Shown here in pieces: positions 17,873 to 27,439 of a stretch of DNA of 64,000 nucleotides (positions are counted from its first letter, which is position 1; every line of letters begins with the position of its first letter). The stretch covers positions 13,190-77,189 of the forward strand of contig JAGCUA010000039.1 in the NCBI GenBank assembly GCA_017963125.1, in the 5' to 3' direction. Made by a program: the position numbers and the translations under genes. The notes beneath the pieces were generated by a model. That model was given only the letters and a program-made list of their open reading frames with translations. It ran no database searches and was not told the origin of the DNA. Origin of the DNA: a bacterium (GTDB lineage: Bacteria > UBP6 > UBA1177).

Positions 17873-19702
17873 ATGAGAAAATCGACTCTCTTTTTTATGC
17901 TGCTTTTCATATTTTCATTTGTTTTTGCCGAAACAGAGGAGAAATCTGCGGAAAATACCACAAATACTGGTCAAAACGTAGAGACGTTTCATGAAACGTC
18001 TCTACAGAAAACGCCGCAGGAAACGAAAAAAGACGAAATAAAATGGAAATTCTATTCGAAAAACAAGGCACATGTCTTTATCGATGAGAAAATAAGCGGC
18101 GGCGAGGCAAAAGATACCTACGGAGTGCTTCAGACCGAGGATTTCGGTGAGATTTCGTACAAAAACTACACTTTCGGCATCAGAAAGACGCTCCTTTTCT
18201 TTGCCGGAAAGGACGATGATTCCGAATATGTCAGAAATTTCGACTACGTTTACAGCGACGAGCATTTCAATCACTGCTGGGAACAGTATCTGGACAGGCT
18301 TTATATGAAAGGAAAGTGGAAGAATATCCAGTTCACGGCGGGCGATTTTTACGAGAGCATGAACCGCGGAATGGCGTTTTCGATGAAAAACGACCAGGTT
18401 TACGGCGACAATTCGATACGAGGCGGCAACATCGCGGCGAACTACAACGGTTTTTTCATAAAGGCTTTCGGCGGCAGGGCAAATCCGCAGCTCCGCGACA
18501 GCGCTACTTTCAGAAGAATGAACGAGGCCGATGACTGGCTTGCCGGCATGGAAACAGGCTACAAGTGGAAAATTGCCGAAGCGGCGGTGCAGTACGGCTA
18601 CGGAAACTACGGCAAATACGATCTCTTGACCCCGGTAAAAAACGCAAATATCAAAACCGGAGTGAGCGCAGAAAAAGAATTCCACTTTATCGGAAGTTAT
18701 GTCGCGCTTCGTAATCCGTTTCCCGGCTTTTCGTTTTACGCAGGTGCAGTCTATGTTCCATACGGCTATGAAAACACGATCGAAACCAGGCAGATAAAGG
18801 AAAACGAACCTAAATCGGAAAAGGAAAAAACAGATCTCCAGAATGCTGCTGCGTTTTATTCGTCGGCTCTCTACTACTTCGATTTCGGTGAGAAAAAAAG
18901 CCGTCTCACCTTTAAAATAGAGGGCAAACTCTACAACAAGTTTTTCCTCAACTACAACAGGATGGAGGACAGCGACTATCAGAAACGCCGCTACTTCAAT
19001 CCTCCGACGCTGCTTCCGAAAGAACTTCAGATCGACAACGAGTTCGACACGTGGGCGGTAGGCGGAAGGATCAGCTACAACGAGAATCATTCGGGGATAA
19101 AGTTCCATGCAGACCTTGTGAAAGGCGATACGCTCGGCAACAAGAGCGCGCTTCCGCAAAGCAGGAACAATCTTGTTCTCAACTATCGGGCCGAGGATTT
19201 CTGGTATTCGGCTCTGAGCGGCGAGAAAGAATGGAAGCATGTCGCGCTTTCCGCAGGTGCAGGCTGGCACACTGTCGACGGCAGTTCTGAGAGAAAAAAC
19301 AGCAGGGACTGGATAATTGCATTCATCCACGTCGGCGGTTTCGTCTCCGACTGGTCGATGAAACTCACGAACGACTATTACCACAAGGATTACTGGCTTG
19401 ACGACGTTCACGAAATGGATCATATCCACGAACTCAAGACGATTGCCGAAGTTTCGTGGAAATACAAGCGGACTCACGAGCTTTTTGCAGCTGTCAAAAA
19501 CACGACGTGGATCGAGAAAGAGGACGGTGTAAGCTATTCTCCCGATTTTTTTACAGGCGGATCGATCGGCTACAAATACAAATTCCTTAGAACTTATGTC
19601 TTCGGCGGACTTGAGAAGGGCGGTTTCACATGCGACGGCGGAACATGCCGCTATCTCCCCGATTTCAAAGGGGTCAAGGTCGAAATAGAGATAAATCTGT
19701 AG
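17873..19702 (+). CDS. Hypothetical secreted protein, probable outer-membrane beta-barrel
   Basis: Signal peptide MRKSTLFFMLLFIFSFVFAETEE. 609 aa rich in Y/G/N with an alternating strand-like pattern. No named family recognised. Confidence 0.5.
   Translation: MRKSTLFFMLLFIFSFVFAETEEKSAENTTNTGQNVETFHETSLQKTPQETKKDEIKWKFYSKNKAHVFIDEKISGGEAKDTYGVLQTEDFGEISYKNYTFGIRKTLLFFAGKDDDSEYVRNFDYVYSDEHFNHCWEQYLDRLYMKGKWKNIQFTAGDFYESMNRGMAFSMKNDQVYGDNSIRGGNIAANYNGFFIKAFGGRANPQLRDSATFRRMNEADDWLAGMETGYKWKIAEAAVQYGYGNYGKYDLLTPVKNANIKTGVSAEKEFHFIGSYVALRNPFPGFSFYAGAVYVPYGYENTIETRQIKENEPKSEKEKTDLQNAAAFYSSALYYFDFGEKKSRLTFKIEGKLYNKFFLNYNRMEDSDYQKRRYFNPPTLLPKELQIDNEFDTWAVGGRISYNENHSGIKFHADLVKGDTLGNKSALPQSRNNLVLNYRAEDFWYSALSGEKEWKHVALSAGAGWHTVDGSSERKNSRDWIIAFIHVGGFVSDWSMKLTNDYYHKDYWLDDVHEMDHIHELKTIAEVSWKYKRTHELFAAVKNTTWIEKEDGVSYSPDFFTGGSIGYKYKFLRTYVFGGLEKGGFTCDGGTCRYLPDFKGVKVEIEINL
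17978..18005. repeat. Perfect 28-bp palindrome GTAGAGACGTTTCATGAAACGTCTCTAC inside the CDS
   Basis: Self-complementary over 14+14 nt. It shares the GAGACGTTTC/GAAACGTCTC core with the intergenic hairpins at 20087 and 40973. Confidence 0.8.
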
Positions 19703-19711
19703 TGAGGTAAG

Positions 19712-20044
19712 ATGATCGCAGGCGTCGGAACAGACATCGTCGAAGTCGTGAGATTCAAAGACAAACCGGAACTCTGGGACCGTTTCTTGAGCGGGAAAGA
19801 ACGTGATTACATCGATAAATTCAGGTTCAAAGAGGAGCACATCGCCGGATTCTGGGCGGCGAAAGAAGCTCTTGTCAAGGCTCTGAACAGAAAGGATTTC
19901 AATTTTTCAAGCGTTTCGGTTCTTCATGACGAAAACGGAAAGCCTTTTTTTGAATTAGACGGAATCGAGGTCGAAGGAACTCTTCATCTTTCTATAAGCC
20001 ACGAGCGCAAGTTCGCAACCGCAGTTGTTGTCTGGGAAAAATAA
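19712..20044 (+). CDS. acpS: Holo-[acyl-carrier-protein] synthase
   Basis: MIAGVGTDIVEV start, WAAKEALVKAL and a size of 110 aa. Confidence 0.85.
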   Translation: MIAGVGTDIVEVVRFKDKPELWDRFLSGKERDYIDKFRFKEEHIAGFWAAKEALVKALNRKDFNFSSVSVLHDENGKPFFELDGIEVEGTLHLSISHERKFATAVVVWEK

Positions 20045-20086
20045 AATCAACAGATAAAAGATACGTTGATATGATGCCGTGATTAT

Positions 20087-20108
20087 GAGACGTTTCGGGA
20101 AACGTCTC
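20087..20108. terminator. Bidirectional hairpin between convergent acpS and topA
   Basis: GAGACGTTTC-GG-GAAACGTCTC. Same core as 17978 and 40973. Confidence 0.5.
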
Positions 20109-20118
20109 TGCAATGGGA

Positions 20119-22347
20119 TTATTTATCGATTTTTTTGCCGCATTTCTGGCAGACTTTGCCGCTTCTTTTCTTTTCGACGACGTATTTGAAGCCGCATTCA
20201 GGGCAGACTTCGCCTTCGACAGGCTTGTACCAGCTGACGAAATCGCATTTCGGATAGTTCGAACAGCCGTAGAAAAGTCTTCCTTTTTTGGAGCGTTTGA
20301 CTGTGATGTATCCGTCTCCGCAGACTGGGCAGTCGCAGATTTTCTTGTCTTCTTTGATTATCGTTTTGCACTTGGGGTAAGCGCTGCACGCCTTGAATTC
20401 GCCGAAACGTCCTTTTTTGATGACGAGTTTGCTTCCGCAGTTCGGGCAGACTTCGTCAAGTTCGACATTCTTTTCCTCTTCTGCTTCGTTTTTGAGGTGA
20501 TAGATTTCTCCGTCCTTTTCAAAAGTTCCCGCAAAGTCGCATTCAGGGTAACCTTCGCATGAAAGGAACGGGAGATTTCCTTTTTTCGACCATCTGAGAA
20601 CGAGCCTTTTGCCGCATTTCGGACACGGTTCTTCGGCATATATTTTCTTTTTGCCCTCTTTTTTGACTTCGGTGATCCCTTTGTCGAGGACTTTTGAGAA
20701 TGTTGCGTAGAAACTTCTGAGAACGTCAAGCCAGTCTTTGTCGCCGGTTTCGACGGTGTCGAGGTCCGATTCCATCTCTGCCGTGAAGTTGACGTTTATG
20801 ATCTCGGGGAAGAACGAAACGAGAGTGTCGCTGACTAAAATTCCGAGGTCTGTTGCCATGAGTGCGCCTCTAGGCTCCTTCATACGTTCGATGTAGTTGC
20901 GCTGAACGATCTGTTTGATGACAGTCGCGTAGGTAGAAGGTCTGCCGACTCCTTTTTCTTCGAGTTCTTTTACGAGGCTTCCTTCTGTAAATCTCGGTGT
21001 CGGCTTGGTGAAATGCTGCTCGCATACCGGATTTTCAAGATTGACCGCTTCGTTTTCTGTGACTTTCGGAATCGTGTCGTCCTTGCCGGTTTTCTTGTAT
21101 ATTTTGCGGAAGCCTTCGAACAGAATGACGCTTCCGGTCTTTTTGAACGAATATTTCTTTTCGCTGTCTTCGATCGTGATCGCTGTCGTTTCGTAAACGG
21201 CATCCTTCATCTGCGTCGCGACGAATCTTTTCCAGATCAGAGTGTAGATGTTGAGTTCGTCTTTTGTGAGTTTTGAAGCGATTTTCGTGGGAGTAAGTTC
21301 GACATTGGTCGGTCTGATCGCTTCGTGCGCGTCCTGAGTCTTTCCTTTTTTGTTAGCGTAGTATTTCGTCTTCGGCGCAAGGTATTCTTTGCCGATATTC
21401 GCCGTGATGTATTCTCTGAGAGATGCATTCGCTTCGTCGGAAATCCTGAAGGAGTCGGTTCTCATGTAGGTGATAAGACCGGTGAATCCGTCTTCGCCGA
21501 GATCTTTACCTTCATAAAGTGACTGTGCGATCCTCATCGTCTGTTCGCCTGTGTAGTTGTGCAGCCTTGAGCCTTCCTGCTGAAGGTTGCTCGTGTTGAG
21601 CGGAGGAAGCGGGGATTCCTTCTTTTCTTTCGTTTCGATCGAAACTATCGAGAACTGCCTGGTCTTTTCAATATCGTCTCTGATTGTATTTGCATCTTTT
21701 TCGTTTGTTACTTCTACTTTTTCCCCTTTGATTTTTTCGAGAACAGCGTCGAATCTGCCGTTTTTCCCTGCAAAATCTGCTTTGAACGACCAGTATTCTT
21801 CGGGAACGAAGGCACGGATCTCTTTTTCGCGGTCAACGATCATTTCCAGTGCGACCGATTGTACCCTGCCTGCGCTGAGCCCTTTCTTTACGCTTCTCCA
21901 GAGGAAGGGGGAAAGTTTGTAGCCGACTATTCTGTCTAAAATTCTGCGTGCCTGCTGCGAATTGTAAAGGTCTTCATTGAGCTCTGCTGAAGTCGAAAGG
22001 GCCTTTTCAATGCCGCTTTTTGTTATTTCGTGGAAAAGAACACGGTGGATGAGTTTGTCCTTAAAAAGTGATGCGATGTGAAACGCTATTGCCTCTCCTT
22101 CACGGTCAGGGTCGGATCCGATATAGATTTCGTCAGCCGCTTCGGCCTCTTTTTTGAGCATCGAGATCGTTCCTTCCTTGCCGGGGATCACCTCGTAATC
22201 AGGTTTGAAGTTGTTGTCGATGTCGATCCCTAAAGTTTTCGACGGCAGGTCGATGATGTGACCCATTGACGCCACGACTTTGAAATCAGGCAGATATTTT
22301 GTAAGAGTTTTTGCCTTTGTTGGTGATTCAACAATAAGAAGTTTCAT
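20119..22347 (-). CDS. topA: DNA topoisomerase I
   Basis: Toprim start MKLLIVESPTKAKT. DPDREGE. Active-site region LITYMRTDS. Four C-terminal CxxC...CxxC zinc ribbons. Confidence 0.95.
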   Translation of the reverse strand: MKLLIVESPTKAKTLTKYLPDFKVVASMGHIIDLPSKTLGIDIDNNFKPDYEVIPGKEGTISMLKKEAEAADEIYIGSDPDREGEAIAFHIASLFKDKLIHRVLFHEITKSGIEKALSTSAELNEDLYNSQQARRILDRIVGYKLSPFLWRSVKKGLSAGRVQSVALEMIVDREKEIRAFVPEEYWSFKADFAGKNGRFDAVLEKIKGEKVEVTNEKDANTIRDDIEKTRQFSIVSIETKEKKESPLPPLNTSNLQQEGSRLHNYTGEQTMRIAQSLYEGKDLGEDGFTGLITYMRTDSFRISDEANASLREYITANIGKEYLAPKTKYYANKKGKTQDAHEAIRPTNVELTPTKIASKLTKDELNIYTLIWKRFVATQMKDAVYETTAITIEDSEKKYSFKKTGSVILFEGFRKIYKKTGKDDTIPKVTENEAVNLENPVCEQHFTKPTPRFTEGSLVKELEEKGVGRPSTYATVIKQIVQRNYIERMKEPRGALMATDLGILVSDTLVSFFPEIINVNFTAEMESDLDTVETGDKDWLDVLRSFYATFSKVLDKGITEVKKEGKKKIYAEEPCPKCGKRLVLRWSKKGNLPFLSCEGYPECDFAGTFEKDGEIYHLKNEAEEEKNVELDEVCPNCGSKLVIKKGRFGEFKACSAYPKCKTIIKEDKKICDCPVCGDGYITVKRSKKGRLFYGCSNYPKCDFVSWYKPVEGEVCPECGFKYVVEKKRSGKVCQKCGKKIDK

Positions 22348-23291
22348 AATTTCGCCTCACTTGGTTTATAAATCTTGCCGCTAAGCTCGCTCACTGCACC
22401 TTCGAGAACCAGCGAAAGCAGTACGGCCGGAAGCTCCGCCGCGCCGATTCCGGAAAGAACGGTGAGATCGTCAAAGTCAATTCCTGACGGTTTTGACTTT
22501 ATTATGTTATAAACAATTTTTTCAGATCCTTCAAGTTGCAGTTCCTTTTTCTCTTTCAAAAACGGTTTTTCTCCAGAGATTTCAGTTAGATCCGAAATCT
22601 GTTTTTCGTACATGGATCCTGAAATCAAGTCCGAATCTGCGCCGATTTCAGTCAGCATATCGAAATCAAAAAGTATTTTAAGATTTATGTTATTCCGGTA
22701 TTTTTTTAAAAAACCGTAGTTCCCTTCAAAAAGCGGATCGCCGATCTCGCCCGGGCAGACAAAAACTTTTTTGCCGTATTCAAGGGCCAGGCGCGCAGTG
22801 ATAAGGCTCCCGCTCTTTGCTGCAGCCTGGATGAGTATGAGGGAGCTGCACATTTTTGCTACGGTTTCGTTTCTTATCGGAAAATTTCTTCCTATCGGCG
22901 GAGTGTCCGGCGGAAACTGTGAAACGACCGCGCCTCTCTGCTTTATTTCTTCGGCAAGTCCGACATTTTCTTCGGGATATATGACGTTTATTCCGGTTCC
23001 GAGAACCGCGATGGTCCTGCCGCCGTATTTGAGTGCCGCGCGGTGCGATTCGGTGTCTATTCCGCGCGCTAAACCGCTGATCACTGTTTTTCCGCTTCCG
23101 ACTGCGGCTGCGGCTGCTTTTTCAGCTAATTTTATTCCGTAAAGCGACGGTTTCCTGCTTCCGACTATTGCTACTGCGCCGGCATCACACGGCAGGATCG
23201 AGCCTTCAATGTCGAGAGGAAGCCCGATTTCCGGACGGAGTTTCAGGATCCTGTCGGGATGGTTTTCCGCAGCATTGCTTATTTTAGCCAT
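22344..23291 (-). CDS. dprA: DNA-processing protein DprA (Smf)
   Basis: VAIVGSRKPSLYG...SGLARGIDTESHRAAL Rossmann-like DprA signature. 4-nt overlap with topA. Confidence 0.85.
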   Translation of the reverse strand: MAKISNAAENHPDRILKLRPEIGLPLDIEGSILPCDAGAVAIVGSRKPSLYGIKLAEKAAAAAVGSGKTVISGLARGIDTESHRAALKYGGRTIAVLGTGINVIYPEENVGLAEEIKQRGAVVSQFPPDTPPIGRNFPIRNETVAKMCSSLILIQAAAKSGSLITARLALEYGKKVFVCPGEIGDPLFEGNYGFLKKYRNNINLKILFDFDMLTEIGADSDLISGSMYEKQISDLTEISGEKPFLKEKKELQLEGSEKIVYNIIKSKPSGIDFDDLTVLSGIGAAELPAVLLSLVLEGAVSELSGKIYKPSEAKL

Positions 23292-24180
23292 TGAGAGATC
23301 CTAAGAACGATTTCATTTCTGCAATCTGCTCGTCGGGAGTCGATGCTCCTGCGGTGATTCCGACAGATTCGGAATTTTTCAGTATTTCCTTATCGGATTC
23401 GGTGAAATCTTCGGGTGATTCGACCCAGAATGAGTTGCGGTTGTGTTCGGAGACGACCTGAAAAAGCTTTGAAGTGTTTGACGAGTTCCTTCCGCCGATG
23501 ACGACCATCGCACTAGTTTTTTTAGCAAGTTCTCCTGCCGAATCCTGCCTTTTCAGCGTTGCAGTGCAGATCGTTTCAGCCGCAAGAAACCTGTATCCGG
23601 GCATTGCGGCAACGGTTTTTCGCACTTTTTTAAGCAGAAAATCGTAGTTCGCCGGGCGCGAAGTAGTCTGCGCAACGGCAAAAATTCTGTCGTGCTCCTT
23701 TATGAATCCGGAAAGTTCTCCGCTTTTCGATTCGAATTCTGTCGGATGGATGACGAAAAAGTCTCCTGATATTTTTGAAGTGATCCCTCTCACTTCCGAA
23801 TGTTCGCGGTCTCCCATGATGAGAACGGCAAAACCTTCATGCGACCTTTTTTCGACAAGCTGATGGATCCTCTGGACATAAGGACAAGTAGTATCGACGA
23901 GGGTGATCCCGCTGAATTTGTCAAGTTTTGCCCTTTCATCTTTTGTTATCCCGTGGCTGCGTATCACGACACACGAATTTTTCAGGATCGAGTCGATATC
24001 AATGACATCGACGCCCTTTTCCGCATACTGCGCGATCACTCTCGGATTGTGGATAAGAGGCCCCAGCATAAAGACTTTCATTCCGCTTTTTTTCGCGTTT
24101 GTTACGGCATCTTCAAGGAGCGAGAAAGCCCTTCTAACGCCGAAGCATACTCCCGAATTGTCGGCGACTGTTATCTTCAT
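23284..24180 (-). CDS. ispH: 4-hydroxy-3-methylbut-2-enyl diphosphate reductase
   Basis: GVCFGVRRA, GPLIHNPRV, TTCPYV and SSNTSKL motifs (three Fe-S cysteines). Confidence 0.9.
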   Translation of the reverse strand: MKITVADNSGVCFGVRRAFSLLEDAVTNAKKSGMKVFMLGPLIHNPRVIAQYAEKGVDVIDIDSILKNSCVVIRSHGITKDERAKLDKFSGITLVDTTCPYVQRIHQLVEKRSHEGFAVLIMGDREHSEVRGITSKISGDFFVIHPTEFESKSGELSGFIKEHDRIFAVAQTTSRPANYDFLLKKVRKTVAAMPGYRFLAAETICTATLKRQDSAGELAKKTSAMVVIGGRNSSNTSKLFQVVSEHNRNSFWVESPEDFTESDKEILKNSESVGITAGASTPDEQIAEMKSFLGSLNG

Positions 24181-24845
24181 CTTTCCTCTCTTTCTTTTGC
24201 ATATTTCACTATAAGTTCGACTGTCTGTTCTAAATTTATGTCGGAATTGTCGAGCAGTACTGCGTCTTCAGCCTGTTTCAGCGGGGAGACGGCGCGCGTA
24301 GAATCTTTGATGTCACGCTCCTTTATCTCTTTCACGAGTTCGTCAAAATCAACTTTGAGTCCCTTGGCTTCGATTTCGAGCATTCTGCGTTTCGCTCTTT
24401 TTTCCGGAGATGCCGTGAGAAATATTTTGAGTTCTGCATCCGGCATGATGACTGTGCCGATGTCGCGTCCTTCCATGACGACACCGCCTTTTTCAGCATA
24501 TTTTCTCTGCATGTTGAAAAGAGCCTCTCTGACAAAAGGGAGTGCCGAGATAGAACTTGCCTTCATGCTGATTTTTTCAGCACGGATCTCGGTCGTAACG
24601 TCTTTTCCGTTGAGAAAAACGCGGTTGATCCCGTTTTCGATCTTGAATGAAACCTCGAAATTTTTAAGAAGTTCCCTGATTTTGTCGTGTTCCTCAGCGC
24701 CGGTTTCTCCCATTGAAAACGCGAGAGCCCGGTAGATCGCGCCGGTATCGATATAAGAGTAACCCAGTTTTTCTGCCGTGAGCCTGCTCACGCTGCTTTT
24801 CCCGGCACCTGCCGGACCGTCGATTGCAACTCTGATTTTTTTCAT
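24177..24845 (-). CDS. cmk: Cytidylate kinase
   Basis: VAIDGPAGAGKSSVSR P-loop, YIDTGAIYRA and GRDIGTV. Confidence 0.9.
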   Translation of the reverse strand: MKKIRVAIDGPAGAGKSSVSRLTAEKLGYSYIDTGAIYRALAFSMGETGAEEHDKIRELLKNFEVSFKIENGINRVFLNGKDVTTEIRAEKISMKASSISALPFVREALFNMQRKYAEKGGVVMEGRDIGTVIMPDAELKIFLTASPEKRAKRRMLEIEAKGLKVDFDELVKEIKERDIKDSTRAVSPLKQAEDAVLLDNSDINLEQTVELIVKYAKEREER

Positions 24846-24937
24846 AGCACCCTCCCAAAAAAACGCGGCATTGTAATGCGGGATTCCAGAAAATCAAATT
24901 TCTTTTTAACTTGTTGTTATTGACGATAAGAACGATC

Positions 24938-24997
24938 TGCCGCCGTGTCATCGTGACGACGTAACGGCGAAACGACGTGACGCTGATGGCGGCGGCA
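24938..24997 (-). terminator. GC-clamped long hairpin downstream of moxR
   Basis: TGCCGCC (24938-24944) pairs with GGCGGCA (24991-24997). The interior has repeated GTGACG/ACGACGT words. Confidence 0.35.
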
Positions 24998-25003
24998 TTA
25001 AAT

Positions 25004-25996
25004 CTAAGGTACTTCGACGCGGTTGAGCAATTCTGAAATGATTTTGTCGGTTGAGATTTTTTCGGCTTCTGCTTCGAATGAGGGGATGATCCTGTGGCGA
25101 AGCACCGGATATGCGACTTCCTTGATGTCTTCTGGTGTTACGAAAGTGCGCCCTTCGATGAAAGCGCGGATCCTGCCGGCAAGAATGAGGAAAATGCTTG
25201 CACGCGGGCTTGCTCCGACATCAATGAGCTGAGAGAGAGCCTTTTCTTTCGGCTGTCTCGTTTCGGATACGATAGAAATGACGTATTTTTTGATCCTGTC
25301 GTCGGTATAGATCTGTTTTGCGATCTCCTGCCACTCTTTTATCGTCTCTTTGTTGAGGATTTTGTTGAGTGTCTGAGTGAGTTCTCTGCGCTCGAATTTT
25401 TCAATGATTTTAAGCTCTTCATCCTGAGTAGGATAATCAATGAGCACCTTGAACATGAACCTGTCGACCTGCGCTTCGGGAAGCGGATAGGTCCCTTCCT
25501 GCTCAAGCGGGTTCTGCGTCGCCAATACAATGAAGGGGTCGGGGAGTTTGAAAGTGTCGCCGCCGATCGTGACCTGACGTTCCTGCATTGCTTCAAGAAG
25601 GGCAGACTGGACTTTCGCCGGGGCCCTGTTTATCTCGTCGGCAAGGATGACGTTAGAGAAAATCACCCCTTTTTTCGTCTCGAAACTGTGCTCAGTCATG
25701 TTGAAGATCCTGCTTCCGATAATGTCTGCGGGAAGCAGGTCGGGAGTGAACTGTATCCTCTGGAAATCAAGATCGGTCGAGTCTGCAAAAGCCTTTACTG
25801 CAGTCGTTTTCGCAAGACCCGGAACACCTTCGAGCAGTATGTGGCCTTCGCCGATCATCCCCATGATGAGTGCTTCGACCATTTCTTCCTGTCCGACTAT
25901 AACTTTTGAAATTTCCGATTTCAGAGCGTTTATCGTCAGTGCGTGGGCTCTGATTTTTTCATTCAATTCGCTGAATTCCATTTGATCCTCCGTCAA
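25004..25996 (-). CDS. MoxR-family AAA+ ATPase
   Basis: HILLEGVPGLAKT Walker A, ILADEINRAPAKVQSALLEAMQE and VLATQNP. Confidence 0.9.
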   Translation of the reverse strand: MTEDQMEFSELNEKIRAHALTINALKSEISKVIVGQEEMVEALIMGMIGEGHILLEGVPGLAKTTAVKAFADSTDLDFQRIQFTPDLLPADIIGSRIFNMTEHSFETKKGVIFSNVILADEINRAPAKVQSALLEAMQERQVTIGGDTFKLPDPFIVLATQNPLEQEGTYPLPEAQVDRFMFKVLIDYPTQDEELKIIEKFERRELTQTLNKILNKETIKEWQEIAKQIYTDDRIKKYVISIVSETRQPKEKALSQLIDVGASPRASIFLILAGRIRAFIEGRTFVTPEDIKEVAYPVLRHRIIPSFEAEAEKISTDKIISELLNRVEVP

Positions 25997-26104
25997 AAAA
26001 CCGAACCAGAAACAAACTGCATATTAAATTTATTTCATTTTTCTTGCAAGTCGGCGCGAAAACTATATATCCGATACGGGTTTTGTTTGTCGGAGTCAGG
26101 TTCG

Positions 26105-27193
26105 ATGCCGAAAAAAAAGTTGGACATTCTTTTGATTTTTCCGATGGCTATGATTCTTGTTCTAGGCCTCCTTTCTCTGAGTAGCGCGCTGGTATCGAAA
26201 TTCTACGTCCAGCTTATCTGGGTTATTCCATCCGTTATGGTATTTGTTGCGGTATCTTATTTTGACCTCAGGATTTTCGAGCGGACGGCTATCCCGATAT
26301 ATTTCGCCAACATTATTCTTCTTCTTCTCGTTCTTCTTATCGGAGAGAAGATCGGCGGTGCAAGAAGATGGCTCGATCTCGGGTTCACTAAGTTCCAAGT
26401 CAGCGAACTCACAAAAGTTTCCGTAATATTATTCATGGCTTATCAGTTTAATTTGAAGCCGACGCTCGAAGGAGGCTACAACCTTTTTGACATTCTTCCG
26501 GAGGCTTTCGGCATACTTATTCCGGTGTATCTGATATACAAGGAGCCCGATTTGGGAACATCTATCCTGGTCGGAGCAGTATCGTGCGCGATGATCCTTT
26601 CGACAAAAATCAACCGGAAATGGATTATCGGTGTTATGATTTTTGTTCTTGTTTCTGTGCCTGTACTCTGGATGTGGGGACTCCGCGATTATCAGAAAAC
26701 GCGCGTACTTTCGCTGGTCTCGATGCTTTTGGGAGAAGAGTCTCATGAGCTGAGCCAGACTTCGCAGTATCACATCAAACAGTCGATAATCGCGGTCGGA
26801 AGCGGCAGACTGCACGGGAAAGGCTACAAGCGCGGCACGCAGAATATGCTCCGTTTTATTCCCGAGCATCACACAGACTTCATTTTTTCGGTCTATGCCG
26901 AGGAATTCGGTTTTTTCGGTGTTATGGCACTGCTTTTTCTCTATTTTCTGCTGCTGGCGAGGATCCTGATCCTCATCGGCAAGGTCAAGGACAAGTTTTC
27001 GGCACTAATCCTTGTAGGTTCATGTGCCCACATCTGGATACAAGTGGTTGTCAACATCGGCATGGTCACCGGTGTCCTGCCTGTCGTAGGGATCCCTCTT
27101 CCGTGGTTTTCATACGGCGGTAGTTCGCTTCTTTTCAACATGACGCTCATGGGACTCGTGCATAATGTCAGTTTGCACCGGTGTTATGTTTAA
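26105..27193 (+). CDS. SEDS-family peptidoglycan glycosyltransferase (RodA/FtsW)
   Basis: About 10 TM segments. QVSELTKV, EPDLGT, PEHHTDFIFSVYAEEFGF and GIPLPWFSYGGSS motifs. The ATG at 26105 (MPKKKL) is preferred; the upstream part of ORF 25943 overlaps moxR. Confidence 0.85.
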   Translation: MPKKKLDILLIFPMAMILVLGLLSLSSALVSKFYVQLIWVIPSVMVFVAVSYFDLRIFERTAIPIYFANIILLLLVLLIGEKIGGARRWLDLGFTKFQVSELTKVSVILFMAYQFNLKPTLEGGYNLFDILPEAFGILIPVYLIYKEPDLGTSILVGAVSCAMILSTKINRKWIIGVMIFVLVSVPVLWMWGLRDYQKTRVLSLVSMLLGEESHELSQTSQYHIKQSIIAVGSGRLHGKGYKRGTQNMLRFIPEHHTDFIFSVYAEEFGFFGVMALLFLYFLLLARILILIGKVKDKFSALILVGSCAHIWIQVVVNIGMVTGVLPVVGIPLPWFSYGGSSLLFNMTLMGLVHNVSLHRCYV

Positions 27194-27439
27194 ATCGGAA
27201 TTATCGTTATTACCGTTATTATCGATTCGCGCCGTCGGAATAACGTTATAACGGTATCACGGTATAACGATCCTGATTCCGGCGCGTCGAACTTAATCGA
27301 CAAGAACGATCCTGATTTTCGGCGCGGCGCAAAAAATTGACAAAAAAAACTCTTTTCATTAACTTTCGCGCGTTTTTTGTTTATTTAATTGGATTTTAAA
27401 GGTTTTTTGGATTATTCACTAATAAAAAAGGTAGGAAAA

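Noticed and set aside
18002-19840. 612-aa minus-strand ORF spanning the 609-aa secreted-protein gene and part of acpS.
   Set aside because: It is the mirror image of a plus-strand gene that has a signal peptide and a clean operon context. Its translation has no motifs, and it would overlap two well-supported genes.
25004-25996. Orphan MoxR ATPase without the usual DUF58/VWA partners, as a possible novel context.
   Set aside because: A single well-conserved housekeeping-type gene sits between cmk and the SEDS gene. The partners may be elsewhere in the genome, and nothing in the sequence itself is unusual.
25943-26104. N-terminal extensions suggested by the ORF track. Cases: 25943 for the SEDS gene, 27389 for the coiled-coil gene, 35366 for the NtrC-like gene, 36921 for the kinase, 47833 for the epimerase, 46804..47838 upstream part for the lipoprotein, 6614 for rseP.
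   Set aside because: In each case an internal ATG with an RBS gives the canonical family N-terminus or signal peptide. The extension would overlap a neighbouring gene or read through promoter or terminator sequence.
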